DNA of 64,000 bases, from the NCBI GenBank assembly GCA_009859145.1, contig VRVR01000003.1, positions 319,315 to 383,314 on the forward strand. The letters are read 5' to 3'. A program made the translations under genes and the position numbers. The DNA comes from Andalucia godoyi And28. Taxonomy: Eukaryota; Protista; Jakobida. Of this stretch, positions 54,146 to 64,000 are shown in pieces; the first letter of the stretch is position 1, and each line of letters starts with the position of its first letter. The notes beneath the pieces were generated by a model. It had not been told where the DNA came from. It searched no databases and was given only the letters and a program-made list of their open reading frames with translations.

Positions 54146-55303
54146 TCATTCTGGCGACACCGCAGAATCTTGGCTAATGCGACGCACCTGAGGGGACTGA
54201 GTCAGTGCGAGGGAGCTCAGCTGTTCACTGGCCTTTTCGTCTCCGTCTTGAGAGTTGCTGTCTTCCCACAAGGTATGAAAGATAATCGCGGAGGACATGC
54301 AAGTAGAGAGCAGCCTCTTCAACGCTCTGTATTCATCTGAGCTCTTTTCCGTGTCCGGGCCAAGGATATTGAACAATGCGCCAACTGCAAACACTTGCAC
54401 GGTGATTTCGTTGCAAAACAGTAGCTCTGAAAGCGGCTCTACCGCATTTTGTTCCTTTAATGCGATGCGAACGGACTCCATCCGAGACATGTTCTGCAGG
54501 CAACCTGCTGCTGGGCCTGCGATAACAAGGCTGGGATTTCGCAAGCACACAACCAACGGCGACACTGCCCCACATGCATCAATTTGCGGACATACATCAA
54601 AGTCTGCAGAGAGATTGTGAATGGCACCCACCACACGCGCGCGAACTACAGCATCGGGATGCCACAAGAGTGTAGAGAGAACGGGAATTCCGCCGAGAAC
54701 CGCCACACACCGTTTCCCTTCTGAAGTAAAGCACAGCGACTGGATTGCACCGGCGCAGGAAAGGAGCACACCTTTTGCAGTCGCATCCGACGCATCTTCA
54801 TGTCGAAATACGGCAAGTGTATCGATCAGAATTTGAGGAATAGCAGTCAAGACGACGGCAGATATATTTCCTGTGTCATAGCACATGTTCAGCACAGAGT
54901 TTGCGATTTCAATGACAAATTCTGGTTCCTGTGCATGGGTTTTGAGGACATCTGACACGGAGACAACCAGAGAAGTGGGCAGCAGCGGCCGATTAATCGG
55001 CTTCCGCATCAAGATCTTGAGCGACCGAGCAGAAGCAAGAGACAGTATAGGATTCGCAAAGCACGGCTGAAGAACTGTGACGTCGTCTCGTGATGACTGC
55101 GATGCAAAATTGGGAGATGTCGTTGGCTCTTCATTCTGATCTGCAAATCTCGTTAGCAAGTCACATATCCGAGGCCCCGACCGAAACGCTGCATCCGTAG
55201 AAGTACAAAGCACTTTGCAAATGTCCCGATACGAAACTGTCTGGGACGCCACAGAACCTGTAGGTCGCAGTGCACTCGACGATGAACCACCCGATTCATT
55301 CAT
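54146..55303 (-). CDS. Armadillo-repeat protein
   Basis: AGAIQSLC..LGGIPVLSTLL, GAIHNLS..GAVSPLV and AAGCLQNMS..NAVEPL ARM repeats. Confidence 0.8.
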   Translation of the reverse strand: MNESGGSSSSALRPTGSVASQTVSYRDICKVLCTSTDAAFRSGPRICDLLTRFADQNEEPTTSPNFASQSSRDDVTVLQPCFANPILSLASARSLKILMRKPINRPLLPTSLVVSVSDVLKTHAQEPEFVIEIANSVLNMCYDTGNISAVVLTAIPQILIDTLAVFRHEDASDATAKGVLLSCAGAIQSLCFTSEGKRCVAVLGGIPVLSTLLWHPDAVVRARVVGAIHNLSADFDVCPQIDACGAVSPLVVCLRNPSLVIAGPAAGCLQNMSRMESVRIALKEQNAVEPLSELLFCNEITVQVFAVGALFNILGPDTEKSSDEYRALKRLLSTCMSSAIIFHTLWEDSNSQDGDEKASEQLSSLALTQSPQVRRISQDSAVSPE

Positions 55304-55785
55304 CCATATCCCAATATCGGTCTCTTCTTCAAACCCACAAACACCAACACGGCCCAAAACTCTCTTTCTAATTCCTTCTTCCTCTCTTCTTCTTTTCTTA
55401 CTAGATGATAAATGAGCTATCTCGTCCGTTTGCTTCTTTGCGAGGCTTTTTCGTTTCCTGTTCGGTGATTGCGGAGTTTTCACTTTTCAGTTCATTCTCC
55501 TTTCGTCCCGATCAAATCGGGAGAGCACACGCCGTTTCCATGTAGCATCACGTGATTCTTCGCGTTGTCATTTGAGTTTTTTTTAAAATAACAAATCCTT
55601 TCCTGGCTTTTTGCCGAATGCCTTTGCTTCCTTTCGACAGTTTTTTCCTTTCCTTTTTTCCTTGTCATTTCCCACTGGCGATCCACACACACACATACAT
55701 ACACACACACACACACACACGTACTGTCTCCATTTTTAGTTGTACGACGTGTTGAATTCGTTTGCAGTGGTGAGAGAAAAATTGG

Positions 55786-58700
55786 ATGACGACTCGACTG
55801 GATCGGATCTTGGCTTTATTGAGCGATTCTCATTCGTCATTTGAAGTTAAACAGGCTGCATCTCAGAACCTATGCGAGCTTATCCAGTCTCATAGCGACA
55901 GCGACCTATCCTTGCTCCGGGACAGATTACGGGTTCTTATCGGACATTCGTCGTATGAGACACGAGTCCATGCGTCCAAACCACTTTCGCTGTGCTTGCG
56001 TGCAGTGGATTTTGCAGTGGATCCAGAGCTGCTGTTCTCAGAATTGAATGTTTTGGATGTAATTGCATCGGGCATACCGCTTTTTGCGTCGTCCATTTCG
56101 CTAATGGAAGAAACATCAAACGTCTCCGTGGAGAAACAGAGAGAGAATTTGACAGAGCAGATAGACAATCAGAAACTAGTTCATGCACAAGTACTCAAAG
56201 AGCAACTTCGCGAGATCATTGCAGATGATGATCTCGTTATCAAGAGAACCAGTTCTGCAAGCTTCTTGTCGAATGGGAATGGTCCGGATAAGAGTGCAAA
56301 GCGAGCACGGATGTCTGTGTCAACGGATGCGATCTCGTTTATGAATCGGTTGCGAAACTCTGGAAATCGGCTCGTCGACATGTTCATGGCGGAAACATGG
56401 CAAGAACGACACGGGGCGTTCATGGTGTTGAAACATTTTGTTTCGTCTTCGGCAGTCCCGAATGATATTCTCGTTCGATGCTTGATTGTTCTCGGATTGG
56501 ATCGGTTTTGTGATTTCTCCACGGACACAGTGACTGCTCCCGTTCGAGATCTCGCTGCACAGTGCTTATCCCTTGGACTGTCGCATCTACAAAGTCCAAC
56601 TGCTGCGGCGGATTCCGCGAAATCGGAAACCAGTGACGAGAACCCTCCTTTGCAGGGTGGTGGTGGTGGTCCCCATGAGCCGTTGCAGTCAGTTTTGGAG
56701 AAGATGAAAACACAACTGTATATCCTTCTGGCATACCCGGATTGGCAAGCGCGACTAGGAGCTGCGCTTGCGCTGCAGTACATTGCAGCGCGAAGTCGTC
56801 GGTCTTTCTTACTGGATGCAGGTTTGGTGGTCCGGATGCTAGATGCGGAGCCTGAGGAAGACGTTGCGTCTGTGCTGTGTGCCGTCCTGCGGCTGATGAT
56901 TCCGTTTTCCGATGAGAATGTTGCTCTGGAAGAAACAATTCTTGACGTTGCGTACAGACTTGTGAAACGAAGCTCTCTTGTCAATGCAGTTCGGCTTTTG
57001 GATGCCGCCGCAACACATGTCGACTCTTCATTTTCAAAGTCATCCGCCGCTGACCATCGGTTCCAGAAGCTGGACGCTTCTTGTCTGCAGCACCTATTTC
57101 GGAACGCTAACCAAGCGGTCCGCGACTCTGCATTGAAAGCTGCTATTCATCTTGATGCACACCAGATTGATCCCTCCATTATGTATCGCCTCAGTGACTC
57201 CACAGAGAGGGCTGCTTTGTGGCTGCACATGGGTCCACCAGCACCTGTCGAGGGTTTCTTTTATCAAACGCCACTGCTGACCGTTTATTCAAGTGAATAT
57301 TCTCACTCTTCCGGGAATTCCGCTGCCTCCGTTTTGGATCCGGTGGAGCAGATGAACCTTGTAACACAGTCCATTCCACTGACGAGCCGAGCTGTGGAGA
57401 CGCATCCCAGCGAGGGTTTCACCATCATCCGCAACATCTTGTCCTCAACAGAGCATTGGAAAGTGCAGTGGTACGCGTTGCAGGTTCTTTCCGAGACAAG
57501 CGGTCTTCCATTTCCCGAAGACGTCTGGACCATGATTGAGCAACGGTGTGCGTCAACATTTGCACTTTCGGAAACCGAGTTTCCCGAGGAACTGAAGCGA
57601 TTGTCGGTTTTGACGAATCACTCAAAGTCCCTTGCAGAGGCGAAGGAATACCTTCGTGGACTGGCGGCGGATAAACGAGATCCGTTGTCTCTTGCTGCGC
57701 TAGGCGCACTCGATCGCATTGTCAAGGAATCGTCGACTCGCATTCGTGTTGCCGCATGTTGCGCAGTCATTGCCTCCGGAAGACTTCCCGAAAAGTTGAA
57801 CCCCATACTGCAAACGATTTGCAGCGACGCTCCGCAGGGACACATTTTCTGTGCTCGGGCCATGGGCCTTTTCTTCCGTATCAAGAGGTCTCCGAATCCT
57901 TCGGAAAAACTTTTGGGAGTCCTCCTGGGAAACCTTGAGCAGCATCGAGCTGGCCTCATCGAGCTTTGCAGGGTTTTTGGCGGATCTCTTTTCGACACCT
58001 TTCCGCAACTCGTTCGTCCCGGCGTGATCCGGATCATGCTGGATGGAATGCATGATCGGTGCCTTGATCATCTTGCAAGCAATCCAGTGTACGGGGACGG
58101 TGCAATGCAAGGCATGACATTTTTTGACGGTCTGGAAAACGACGAATTGGTGAATTTTGCAACAAAAAGACCGGCTGCGGTGGTTCGCTTCTTGGTTTCC
58201 ACACGCCCTCAACGAATGGCGAATTTCGAGTTGCTTGGATCTCTTTTTGATGCTGTCAATGTGAAGTTGCTACCGTGGGCTGCACTGTTTGTCCGCGCTT
58301 TGCTCTCTGGAATAACGAGTGGCCAAGCAGAGGCTGCTTCGGCATTTGCCAAACTCATTCAATTTCTTCCCCTTGCGCAGGATTCGATTGCCGATTCGGA
58401 TCAAAATCCAACTAAGAGCAAATTCTTTGCAACCGATGCCGAGTTTGCGGCGCAATATGAAAGCGAAACGCGGTTTCTTCGTGGGCTGTTAGACTCGTCA
58501 ACGATTTCACGTTTTGAGCTACCCGCGGATCTCATCCGCAGCGATGTTACCTTGCGCCCTTACCAAAAGGACGGAATTTCCTGGCTGGCGTTTCTACGAG
58601 AGTTCCAACTCCACGGAGTCCTTGCGGACGATATGGGTCTCGGAAAAACCCTTCAAACCATCTGCATGTTGGCTGCAACGCCTGGACGCCACCTTGTGAT

Positions 58701-60327
58701 ATGTCCCACCACGCTTGTATCGCATTGGCGATCGGAAATGGAGAAGTATGCAGGACACCTGTTGACGAAGGACAGGGTGGATGTGCTGTCGTACATCGAG
58801 ATGCGGTCCAGGTTTACCCAGTACTCGAATGCTGTCGAAAACGGATTGGCACCCGTGACCGGAAGCTTGTGGGACACCGATTACGCCTATCTTGTTTTGG
58901 ACGAGGGTCACATTCTTCGTAATCCAAAGTCAAAGATGGCACAAGCGGTGCGCTCTTTGTCGATGAAGGCACGCCATCGCTTGATTCTAACGGGGACCCC
59001 CATCCACAATTCTGCTCAGGACCTTGTTGCTTTGTTCAGCTTGATTATGCCGGGTTTCTTTTCTACACAGGATGCGAAATCGACTGACAAGCTGCACAAG
59101 CTGGTGCTCCCGTTTGTTATGCGTCGGCGAAAGGAAGATGTCCTCAAAGATCTGCCACCGAAGATCATTCAGGACATCACCGTGGATCCGTCGGATTTGC
59201 AACGAAGCATCTTCCGAAGGTACATGATCGAAGTCGGAGCAAAAGACTCTGGGAAGAATGAAGAAGCGTCGACGACGCTGCCAGACGGAGAAAGCATGGA
59301 ATCAGATGGTGGTGAACTTAGGGATGGCAAGCGCAGTACTGCTTTCAAAACTTTGCAGTTTCTCCGTCGATTGTGCACCCATCCGGCGCTGTGTGTTCCG
59401 ACGTTTTCAACGAAACAGGCCCTGTCTTCTGCGTTAACTGGAGCACCACTGGTTTCTTTTGACGAAGCTCCAAAATTTGCAGCCTTCGGGGAGCTCATTT
59501 CAGCGTTGAGATCCGGAAATCACAGGGCGCTCGTCTTTGCACAGTCTAAGTCTACTCTGGATCTTGTGGAAATGTTCCTGTCGGCCTTCACGCTGCCCTC
59601 GGAATCCAACTCTTCGTCCGGTGTCTCCTTGGATATTTTCTCATCTTCCAGTGGCAGCTGCTCGTCTACTGCGAATCCCGCTGATCGGGCCTTCCGACCG
59701 ACGACCACTTCGGGCGGACTTGCGTATCTTCGATTAGATGGCGACACGCCGGGCTATCGTCGTGGCGAAATGGTGTCCCTGTTCAACAATGACGCATCCA
59801 TCGATATTCTCATGCTCACAACCAGTGTCGGTGGGCTTGGTCTCAATTTGACGGGCGCTGACACTGTGATATTCCTGGAGCACGACTGGAATCCGCAGAA
59901 CGATCTCCAGGCTATGGATCGTGCTCATCGGTTAGGGCAAACCCGGTCTGTGAACGTATTCCGAATTGTAATGAAGGACCTTCTGGAGGAGCGGATCATG
60001 GGAATCCAAGCGTTCAAGCTTGCGGTCGCAAGAGCAGTGGTCAATGAGGAAAATAGCGCCACGGACAAGATGGTCAGTGGTGGAGCAGATGTGTTGCAAA
60101 TTGTACAGCAAACGGCACGCGATTTAGTCAAGCCTGGCGCTTCATCTTCTGCAGCGTCTACGAACATCAAGACATCCAAGAAATCCGCAGACGCTGCAGA
60201 AGATGACGTCTCCGCAGTTGGCGGCATGTATGGGAAGTTGCTGGCGGACATGGGTGAAATGTGGGGTGAAAATGATTATGAGGAAATGGATGTTGATTCT
60301 TTCGCAGCGAAATTTCAGAAAGAATGA
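55786..60327 (+). CDS. BTAF1: TATA-binding protein-associated SNF2 ATPase BTAF1/Mot1
   Basis: MTTRLDRIL start, GLDRFCDF..APVRD, LADDMGLGKTLQT, LVLDEGH, LTGTPIHN and WNPQNDLQAMDRAHRLGQ. Confidence 0.95.
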   Translation: MTTRLDRILALLSDSHSSFEVKQAASQNLCELIQSHSDSDLSLLRDRLRVLIGHSSYETRVHASKPLSLCLRAVDFAVDPELLFSELNVLDVIASGIPLFASSISLMEETSNVSVEKQRENLTEQIDNQKLVHAQVLKEQLREIIADDDLVIKRTSSASFLSNGNGPDKSAKRARMSVSTDAISFMNRLRNSGNRLVDMFMAETWQERHGAFMVLKHFVSSSAVPNDILVRCLIVLGLDRFCDFSTDTVTAPVRDLAAQCLSLGLSHLQSPTAAADSAKSETSDENPPLQGGGGGPHEPLQSVLEKMKTQLYILLAYPDWQARLGAALALQYIAARSRRSFLLDAGLVVRMLDAEPEEDVASVLCAVLRLMIPFSDENVALEETILDVAYRLVKRSSLVNAVRLLDAAATHVDSSFSKSSAADHRFQKLDASCLQHLFRNANQAVRDSALKAAIHLDAHQIDPSIMYRLSDSTERAALWLHMGPPAPVEGFFYQTPLLTVYSSEYSHSSGNSAASVLDPVEQMNLVTQSIPLTSRAVETHPSEGFTIIRNILSSTEHWKVQWYALQVLSETSGLPFPEDVWTMIEQRCASTFALSETEFPEELKRLSVLTNHSKSLAEAKEYLRGLAADKRDPLSLAALGALDRIVKESSTRIRVAACCAVIASGRLPEKLNPILQTICSDAPQGHIFCARAMGLFFRIKRSPNPSEKLLGVLLGNLEQHRAGLIELCRVFGGSLFDTFPQLVRPGVIRIMLDGMHDRCLDHLASNPVYGDGAMQGMTFFDGLENDELVNFATKRPAAVVRFLVSTRPQRMANFELLGSLFDAVNVKLLPWAALFVRALLSGITSGQAEAASAFAKLIQFLPLAQDSIADSDQNPTKSKFFATDAEFAAQYESETRFLRGLLDSSTISRFELPADLIRSDVTLRPYQKDGISWLAFLREFQLHGVLADDMGLGKTLQTICMLAATPGRHLVICPTTLVSHWRSEMEKYAGHLLTKDRVDVLSYIEMRSRFTQYSNAVENGLAPVTGSLWDTDYAYLVLDEGHILRNPKSKMAQAVRSLSMKARHRLILTGTPIHNSAQDLVALFSLIMPGFFSTQDAKSTDKLHKLVLPFVMRRRKEDVLKDLPPKIIQDITVDPSDLQRSIFRRYMIEVGAKDSGKNEEASTTLPDGESMESDGGELRDGKRSTAFKTLQFLRRLCTHPALCVPTFSTKQALSSALTGAPLVSFDEAPKFAAFGELISALRSGNHRALVFAQSKSTLDLVEMFLSAFTLPSESNSSSGVSLDIFSSSSGSCSSTANPADRAFRPTTTSGGLAYLRLDGDTPGYRRGEMVSLFNNDASIDILMLTTSVGGLGLNLTGADTVIFLEHDWNPQNDLQAMDRAHRLGQTRSVNVFRIVMKDLLEERIMGIQAFKLAVARAVVNEENSATDKMVSGGADVLQIVQQTARDLVKPGASSSAASTNIKTSKKSADAAEDDVSAVGGMYGKLLADMGEMWGENDYEEMDVDSFAAKFQKE

Positions 60328-60464
60328 CAGTCATCTTCCCGGTCTTCAATGAATGGAAACAACACACCAAAATTAAAATAAACTAAAATATGAGGCATCG
60401 TGTACGTTATGCCCATGTCGTTTTTCATTCTGGAAGAAATCAAAAAAAAAAACCAAAAAACACC

Positions 60465-60498
<34 letters not shown>

Positions 60499-60533
60499 GA
60501 CCGCGGAGTTTTGCGGAGGAAAAAAGATTCGTA

Positions 60534-60605
60534 AGGGCTGAGGCGGAATTGAACCACCGACCTCTTGATCTGCAGTCAAATGCTCTACCACTGAGCTACC
60601 AGCCC
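60534..60605 (-). tRNA. trnC: tRNA-Cys(GCA)
   Basis: GGGCTGGTAGCTCAGTGGTAGAGCATTTGACTGCAGATCAAGAGGTCGGTGGTTCAATTCCGCCTCAGCCCT: cloverleaf, GCA anticodon, U73 discriminator, with a T6 Pol III terminator about 10 nt downstream. Confidence 0.96.
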
Positions 60606-60792
60606 TTTCATGAATGCTCTTCTCTTCTACTCGTATTCCACTGTTCGGCCTTATACTTGCATTTTTCCTGTAAAAACACGGAACAAACGAAAGAGAAAAA
60701 AAAGGAGCACACAAATCATGGAGTCAATGTAGAAATACTTTTTACGACCAAGTCGAATAGTAGAAGACAACAAAAAGAGAATAAAAGAGAAT

Positions 60793-63700
60793 CTAAGATT
60801 CTGGCTGAGTCAGCAGTGCAGTGGCGCGCAAGATGAAAGTATCTGCGCGGCCCGAGACCGGCAAGTCCATCATGCAGACAAAGTTCGTGGACTGACCCGT
60901 GGTCGACAGGAGACCAGCACGAGTAGCAATCTTGTAGCACGGGCATGCGTAGTATCCTTGAGGAGCAGTGTAGTTGACGACTGGCAACAGATGGATTGCA
61001 GGCATAACAGAAACGTTTTCTGCAGGAAGAGCATCTCGCAAGCTTCCGGTGATCGGGTCCCACGAGCCGGCTTCCAAGAACAATCCGTTGATCACAACAC
61101 CGTCCTTACCAGCCTTGAGTTTGGAGAATTCGCTGGACCCTTCGATTGTAACTTGGAAACGAAGCGTATCGATCGGGATGCGGTACTTACGAGCATGCTG
61201 CTGCAGCACCGCAGTAAGGAATCCCTGCGGAAAGTAGAAACCGGAGATCCAGAACACAGACGGAACCCCATTCGTCACCCACGAGCGCAAAAAGTCAATT
61301 CGCTGCAGCAGATCCTTTGTCCACGCACCAAGAGACTTCAGAGATGGGAATGCATTGGCGGCCCACTTCGGCGGAACCTTTTGGAACAAGAAGCAGCGGT
61401 ACATATCCTCAAGATCGTCGCTCATCACCACAATACCACGAATGGCCTTCTTCAGCTCCGTCAAGGATCGCTTCATGATGGACAGCAACCGATTGAAATG
61501 ATCCACTTCCTGAGCCAGCACGGTGGTCAAGGAAGACGGTGCACCGGTCAATTCGTCCTTTGAAAACGAAGTTGGATGCACCTTTGCAGGGTCTGTCGTA
61601 TCGATCAAGTCTGGCAGTCTGGTCAAGATGTCATCCGCTACCTCAAACGCGATTTGGTCCGTTGTCTTGCCACCTGTTGTTCCGGAAGCACGTGGCTGCA
61701 TTGCAATGATTGTGGTCGTCATGTAGGACGTTTCTTTCAGCTGGAAGGTAATGGAGGCGTTCTCGTGAAGTCCAAACACGGCTGGATCTTCGAATGCAGG
61801 AAGCGCACCCAAGTACTCACGAACACCTTCAAGATCTATTGCATCTGCGGGGGCATAGTAGCGATCGTCTGTTGTGAACCTGTAGCCGTCGCTCTCAACG
61901 ACCGCCGAAGCGAAGATGTTCGATAAAATAGACTGCAAGCAGCGCAGATCCAAAAAGTCTGTAACACGCCCACCATAGTTGATCACTCCAATGATGTATC
62001 GAAGCGCCTCCCACGGTGTCTGTGCGTTCTCTTCGATCAAATTTCGGAGCGACTTGACCGATGCGGCGAAATCAGAATCGTTCCAATCGTACGGGATGTT
62101 CCAGCCAAGAGGACCGAACTTTCTGCGCTCTTGAATGACAGCGTGGAAAAATGCGAGGCCAAACAGCAGCTTACGCCACACACGACGTTTGGACGAAATC
62201 TGTTCATCAGCCAAGCCAATCGTGTGATGCAAGTCATAGTCCGATTCTTGGAGATCTGCAAACGATCGGCGAATGTTGGCCTTTAGACCCTTGGGCGGTT
62301 CATTGGTCAACTTGATACCAAGTTGCAAAACAGGAACCGGGAACTTCGGAGACGGCATCGAGGTCAACCACAATCGGAAGTCCGGATGAATGGAACTGCC
62401 TTCGGCATGAGACATCTGCTCCAAAATGCGTTCAAGTGCGGGCATCCAAGATGCAGCGAGGTGACAGTTCTGCAAGCAAACCCACTCACCACGTTTCATA
62501 CCTTGCTCAATCAGCCTCTCTGCAATGGGACCTTGACCCTGACCCAGCGAAAGCATTCGCAATCGGTCGCTGTAACCAAGTTCTCTCGCAAAGTTCAAGA
62601 AAATGGCGGCAGGATCCGCGCCCGGTGAAAGAACGAAGATAATCGGCGTAGTAGTGGACGAATCCTTGAAAGCACCAACGAGATCAAACGGCGGAGACTC
62701 CGTGAACTGCTTGCCGAGGATTTCGCCGACCATTCGTGAGAATCCAAAAATCACCTTCTCATCGCGGGTAGCCTTCAAAATCAGCAATCGAAGCCACGGC
62801 GTCAACAAAACACCGCCAGAATCGTACGGCGACGGCATCTCTGCCAACTGCGGAGACTCGCATTCAAAAAAGTGGCGCCATGCAACCGGATTTGTCAAGA
62901 AAGACTGTTCTAGATCCTTCAACGCCGAGGAGATCCTGGAAAGAGCGCAAACATTGCGCCAGACTGCATCCGGCAACCATGACTTGTAGGGATTCTCTGC
63001 AGAAGGCTGGTACGTTGGCTCTGGGCCGCGAAGGAAGAAAGTCCACTCATCTTCTGTAATGCGTCCGTCGTTCCGCATAATTTGGACCGTAATCATAGTC
63101 GCGAAGATAAGCTTATCTTTTTCAAACAACCCTCGGCACACGTTTCGGTAGACGTACTCAACGGAGTATTTGAGCAGCGTATCAATGCGAACTGGCAACT
63201 CCGTGGACTTTTCCGAGTTCCGCAAACACAGCTGGAAGAGATTTGCAAAGTACGGAAGTGAGTTTTGGTACATGGGATCCACTGACGACATGTCAGCGAC
63301 CACAAAGTACAATATCGATCCACGGCGCGCGACCGCACGGTAGCCTTCACGCGCCTCGTTGATTTTCTTCGCTGTTTCCTCTGCCTCCACGACACCTCGA
63401 TTAATCTCTCCGGAAGTCTTCTTCGAGGCAGCCAACGTGTTAATCAGAACCTCATCTTCCAAAATATCTCCCGACGAGTTGGCAAGCAAAGACAGAATCT
63501 TACTCTCAATGTCCTGTAGCTGCCGCTGACCATCTGCAATTTGCAGTACAAGTTTGTCTTTCTGCTGTTCAAGTTCCGGGCGTTCAAACTGGACCACATG
63601 GGCCAGGAGCTGGTCTTCCAAACCACGCAGCGTCACCGTGAAGTTAATAACAGTGACCTTGATGCACACCTCCGGCAAATAATGGGGATTTGGAAGCTTT

Positions 63701-64000
63701 GTTGTGATGTAGAACTTGAAAAGCGGACTGTATGGAACATCCGTATCTCCAAGACGGATCAGCAGTTGCCCCCCACGCTTGAAAGTCTGCCGAAGCAACA
63801 CAGGCTCCAGGGCCGGGTCCAAAACTTCACCAACATTCTCTAACAAGCATGGCGTGCCGATGCGGATGCAATTCTCGAGAGTTTGCAAGAATTTGCCGTC
63901 TGTGAGCTTGATGACCTTCAGGCCATTTGCACGTTCCAGATTCTTGATCCACGCATTTGCTTGGCCTTGCGGGTCGATCATAAGCGGCCAGCGACGGCCT
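60793..64000 (-). CDS. Axonemal dynein heavy chain, inner-arm type, C-terminal part (5' end outside the window)
   Basis: IDPQGQANAWIKN, PIIFVLSPGADP, LSLGQGQG, WVCLQNCHLA, FRLWLTS, YGGRVTD and LSTTGQSTNFV. Confidence 0.95.
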   Translation of the reverse strand, partial: GRRWPLMIDPQGQANAWIKNLERANGLKVIKLTDGKFLQTLENCIRIGTPCLLENVGEVLDPALEPVLLRQTFKRGGQLLIRLGDTDVPYSPLFKFYITTKLPNPHYLPEVCIKVTVINFTVTLRGLEDQLLAHVVQFERPELEQQKDKLVLQIADGQRQLQDIESKILSLLANSSGDILEDEVLINTLAASKKTSGEINRGVVEAEETAKKINEAREGYRAVARRGSILYFVVADMSSVDPMYQNSLPYFANLFQLCLRNSEKSTELPVRIDTLLKYSVEYVYRNVCRGLFEKDKLIFATMITVQIMRNDGRITEDEWTFFLRGPEPTYQPSAENPYKSWLPDAVWRNVCALSRISSALKDLEQSFLTNPVAWRHFFECESPQLAEMPSPYDSGGVLLTPWLRLLILKATRDEKVIFGFSRMVGEILGKQFTESPPFDLVGAFKDSSTTTPIIFVLSPGADPAAIFLNFARELGYSDRLRMLSLGQGQGPIAERLIEQGMKRGEWVCLQNCHLAASWMPALERILEQMSHAEGSSIHPDFRLWLTSMPSPKFPVPVLQLGIKLTNEPPKGLKANIRRSFADLQESDYDLHHTIGLADEQISSKRRVWRKLLFGLAFFHAVIQERRKFGPLGWNIPYDWNDSDFAASVKSLRNLIEENAQTPWEALRYIIGVINYGGRVTDFLDLRCLQSILSNIFASAVVESDGYRFTTDDRYYAPADAIDLEGVREYLGALPAFEDPAVFGLHENASITFQLKETSYMTTTIIAMQPRASGTTGGKTTDQIAFEVADDILTRLPDLIDTTDPAKVHPTSFSKDELTGAPSSLTTVLAQEVDHFNRLLSIMKRSLTELKKAIRGIVVMSDDLEDMYRCFLFQKVPPKWAANAFPSLKSLGAWTKDLLQRIDFLRSWVTNGVPSVFWISGFYFPQGFLTAVLQQHARKYRIPIDTLRFQVTIEGSSEFSKLKAGKDGVVINGLFLEAGSWDPITGSLRDALPAENVSVMPAIHLLPVVNYTAPQGYYACPCYKIATRAGLLSTTGQSTNFVCMMDLPVSGRADTFILRATALLTQPES

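Noticed and set aside
1-64000. Numerous 60-200 aa ORFs antisense to or overlapping the long genes
   Set aside because: They are shadow ORFs of real coding sequence, with no motifs and no independent start context.

Overview
This is a gene-dense, intron-poor eukaryotic chromosome segment from a flagellated organism (it contains an axonemal dynein), most likely a protist; the species cannot be determined from the sequence. It holds about 35 mostly housekeeping genes, including AKTIP, a MED12-like protein, galactokinase, GSTZ1, SRP14, RPA3, RPA49, TRM5, MCM8, an ERK7-type MAPK, a USP36-like protease, BTAF1/Mot1 and a partial dynein heavy chain. Six genes carry short 5'-proximal GTATG...AG introns, there is one tRNA-Cys(GCA), and microsatellites are common between genes. 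The main result not visible in the ORF track is three separate, decayed or internally deleted Fanzor2/IS607-TnpB-like elements on the minus strand (about 33.3-33.7, 37.5-37.9 and 40.8-41.3 kb). All three keep the Zn-finger and/or RuvC-III tail plus a 3' RNA fold that is conserved while its sequence changes (GGCC-type motif, UGA...UCAG hairpin, CA-n-n-GA-n(2-4)-CG(A/C)AC motif), which looks like an omegaRNA scaffold. Other points of interest are a decayed P-loop NTPase gene whose N-terminal segment recurs at 38.2-38.5 kb, an intronless bacterial-type RlmL methyltransferase, and a compact Dicer/Drosha-like protein with one intact and one degenerate RNase III domain. All family assignments come from motif recognition by eye; no database search was run.
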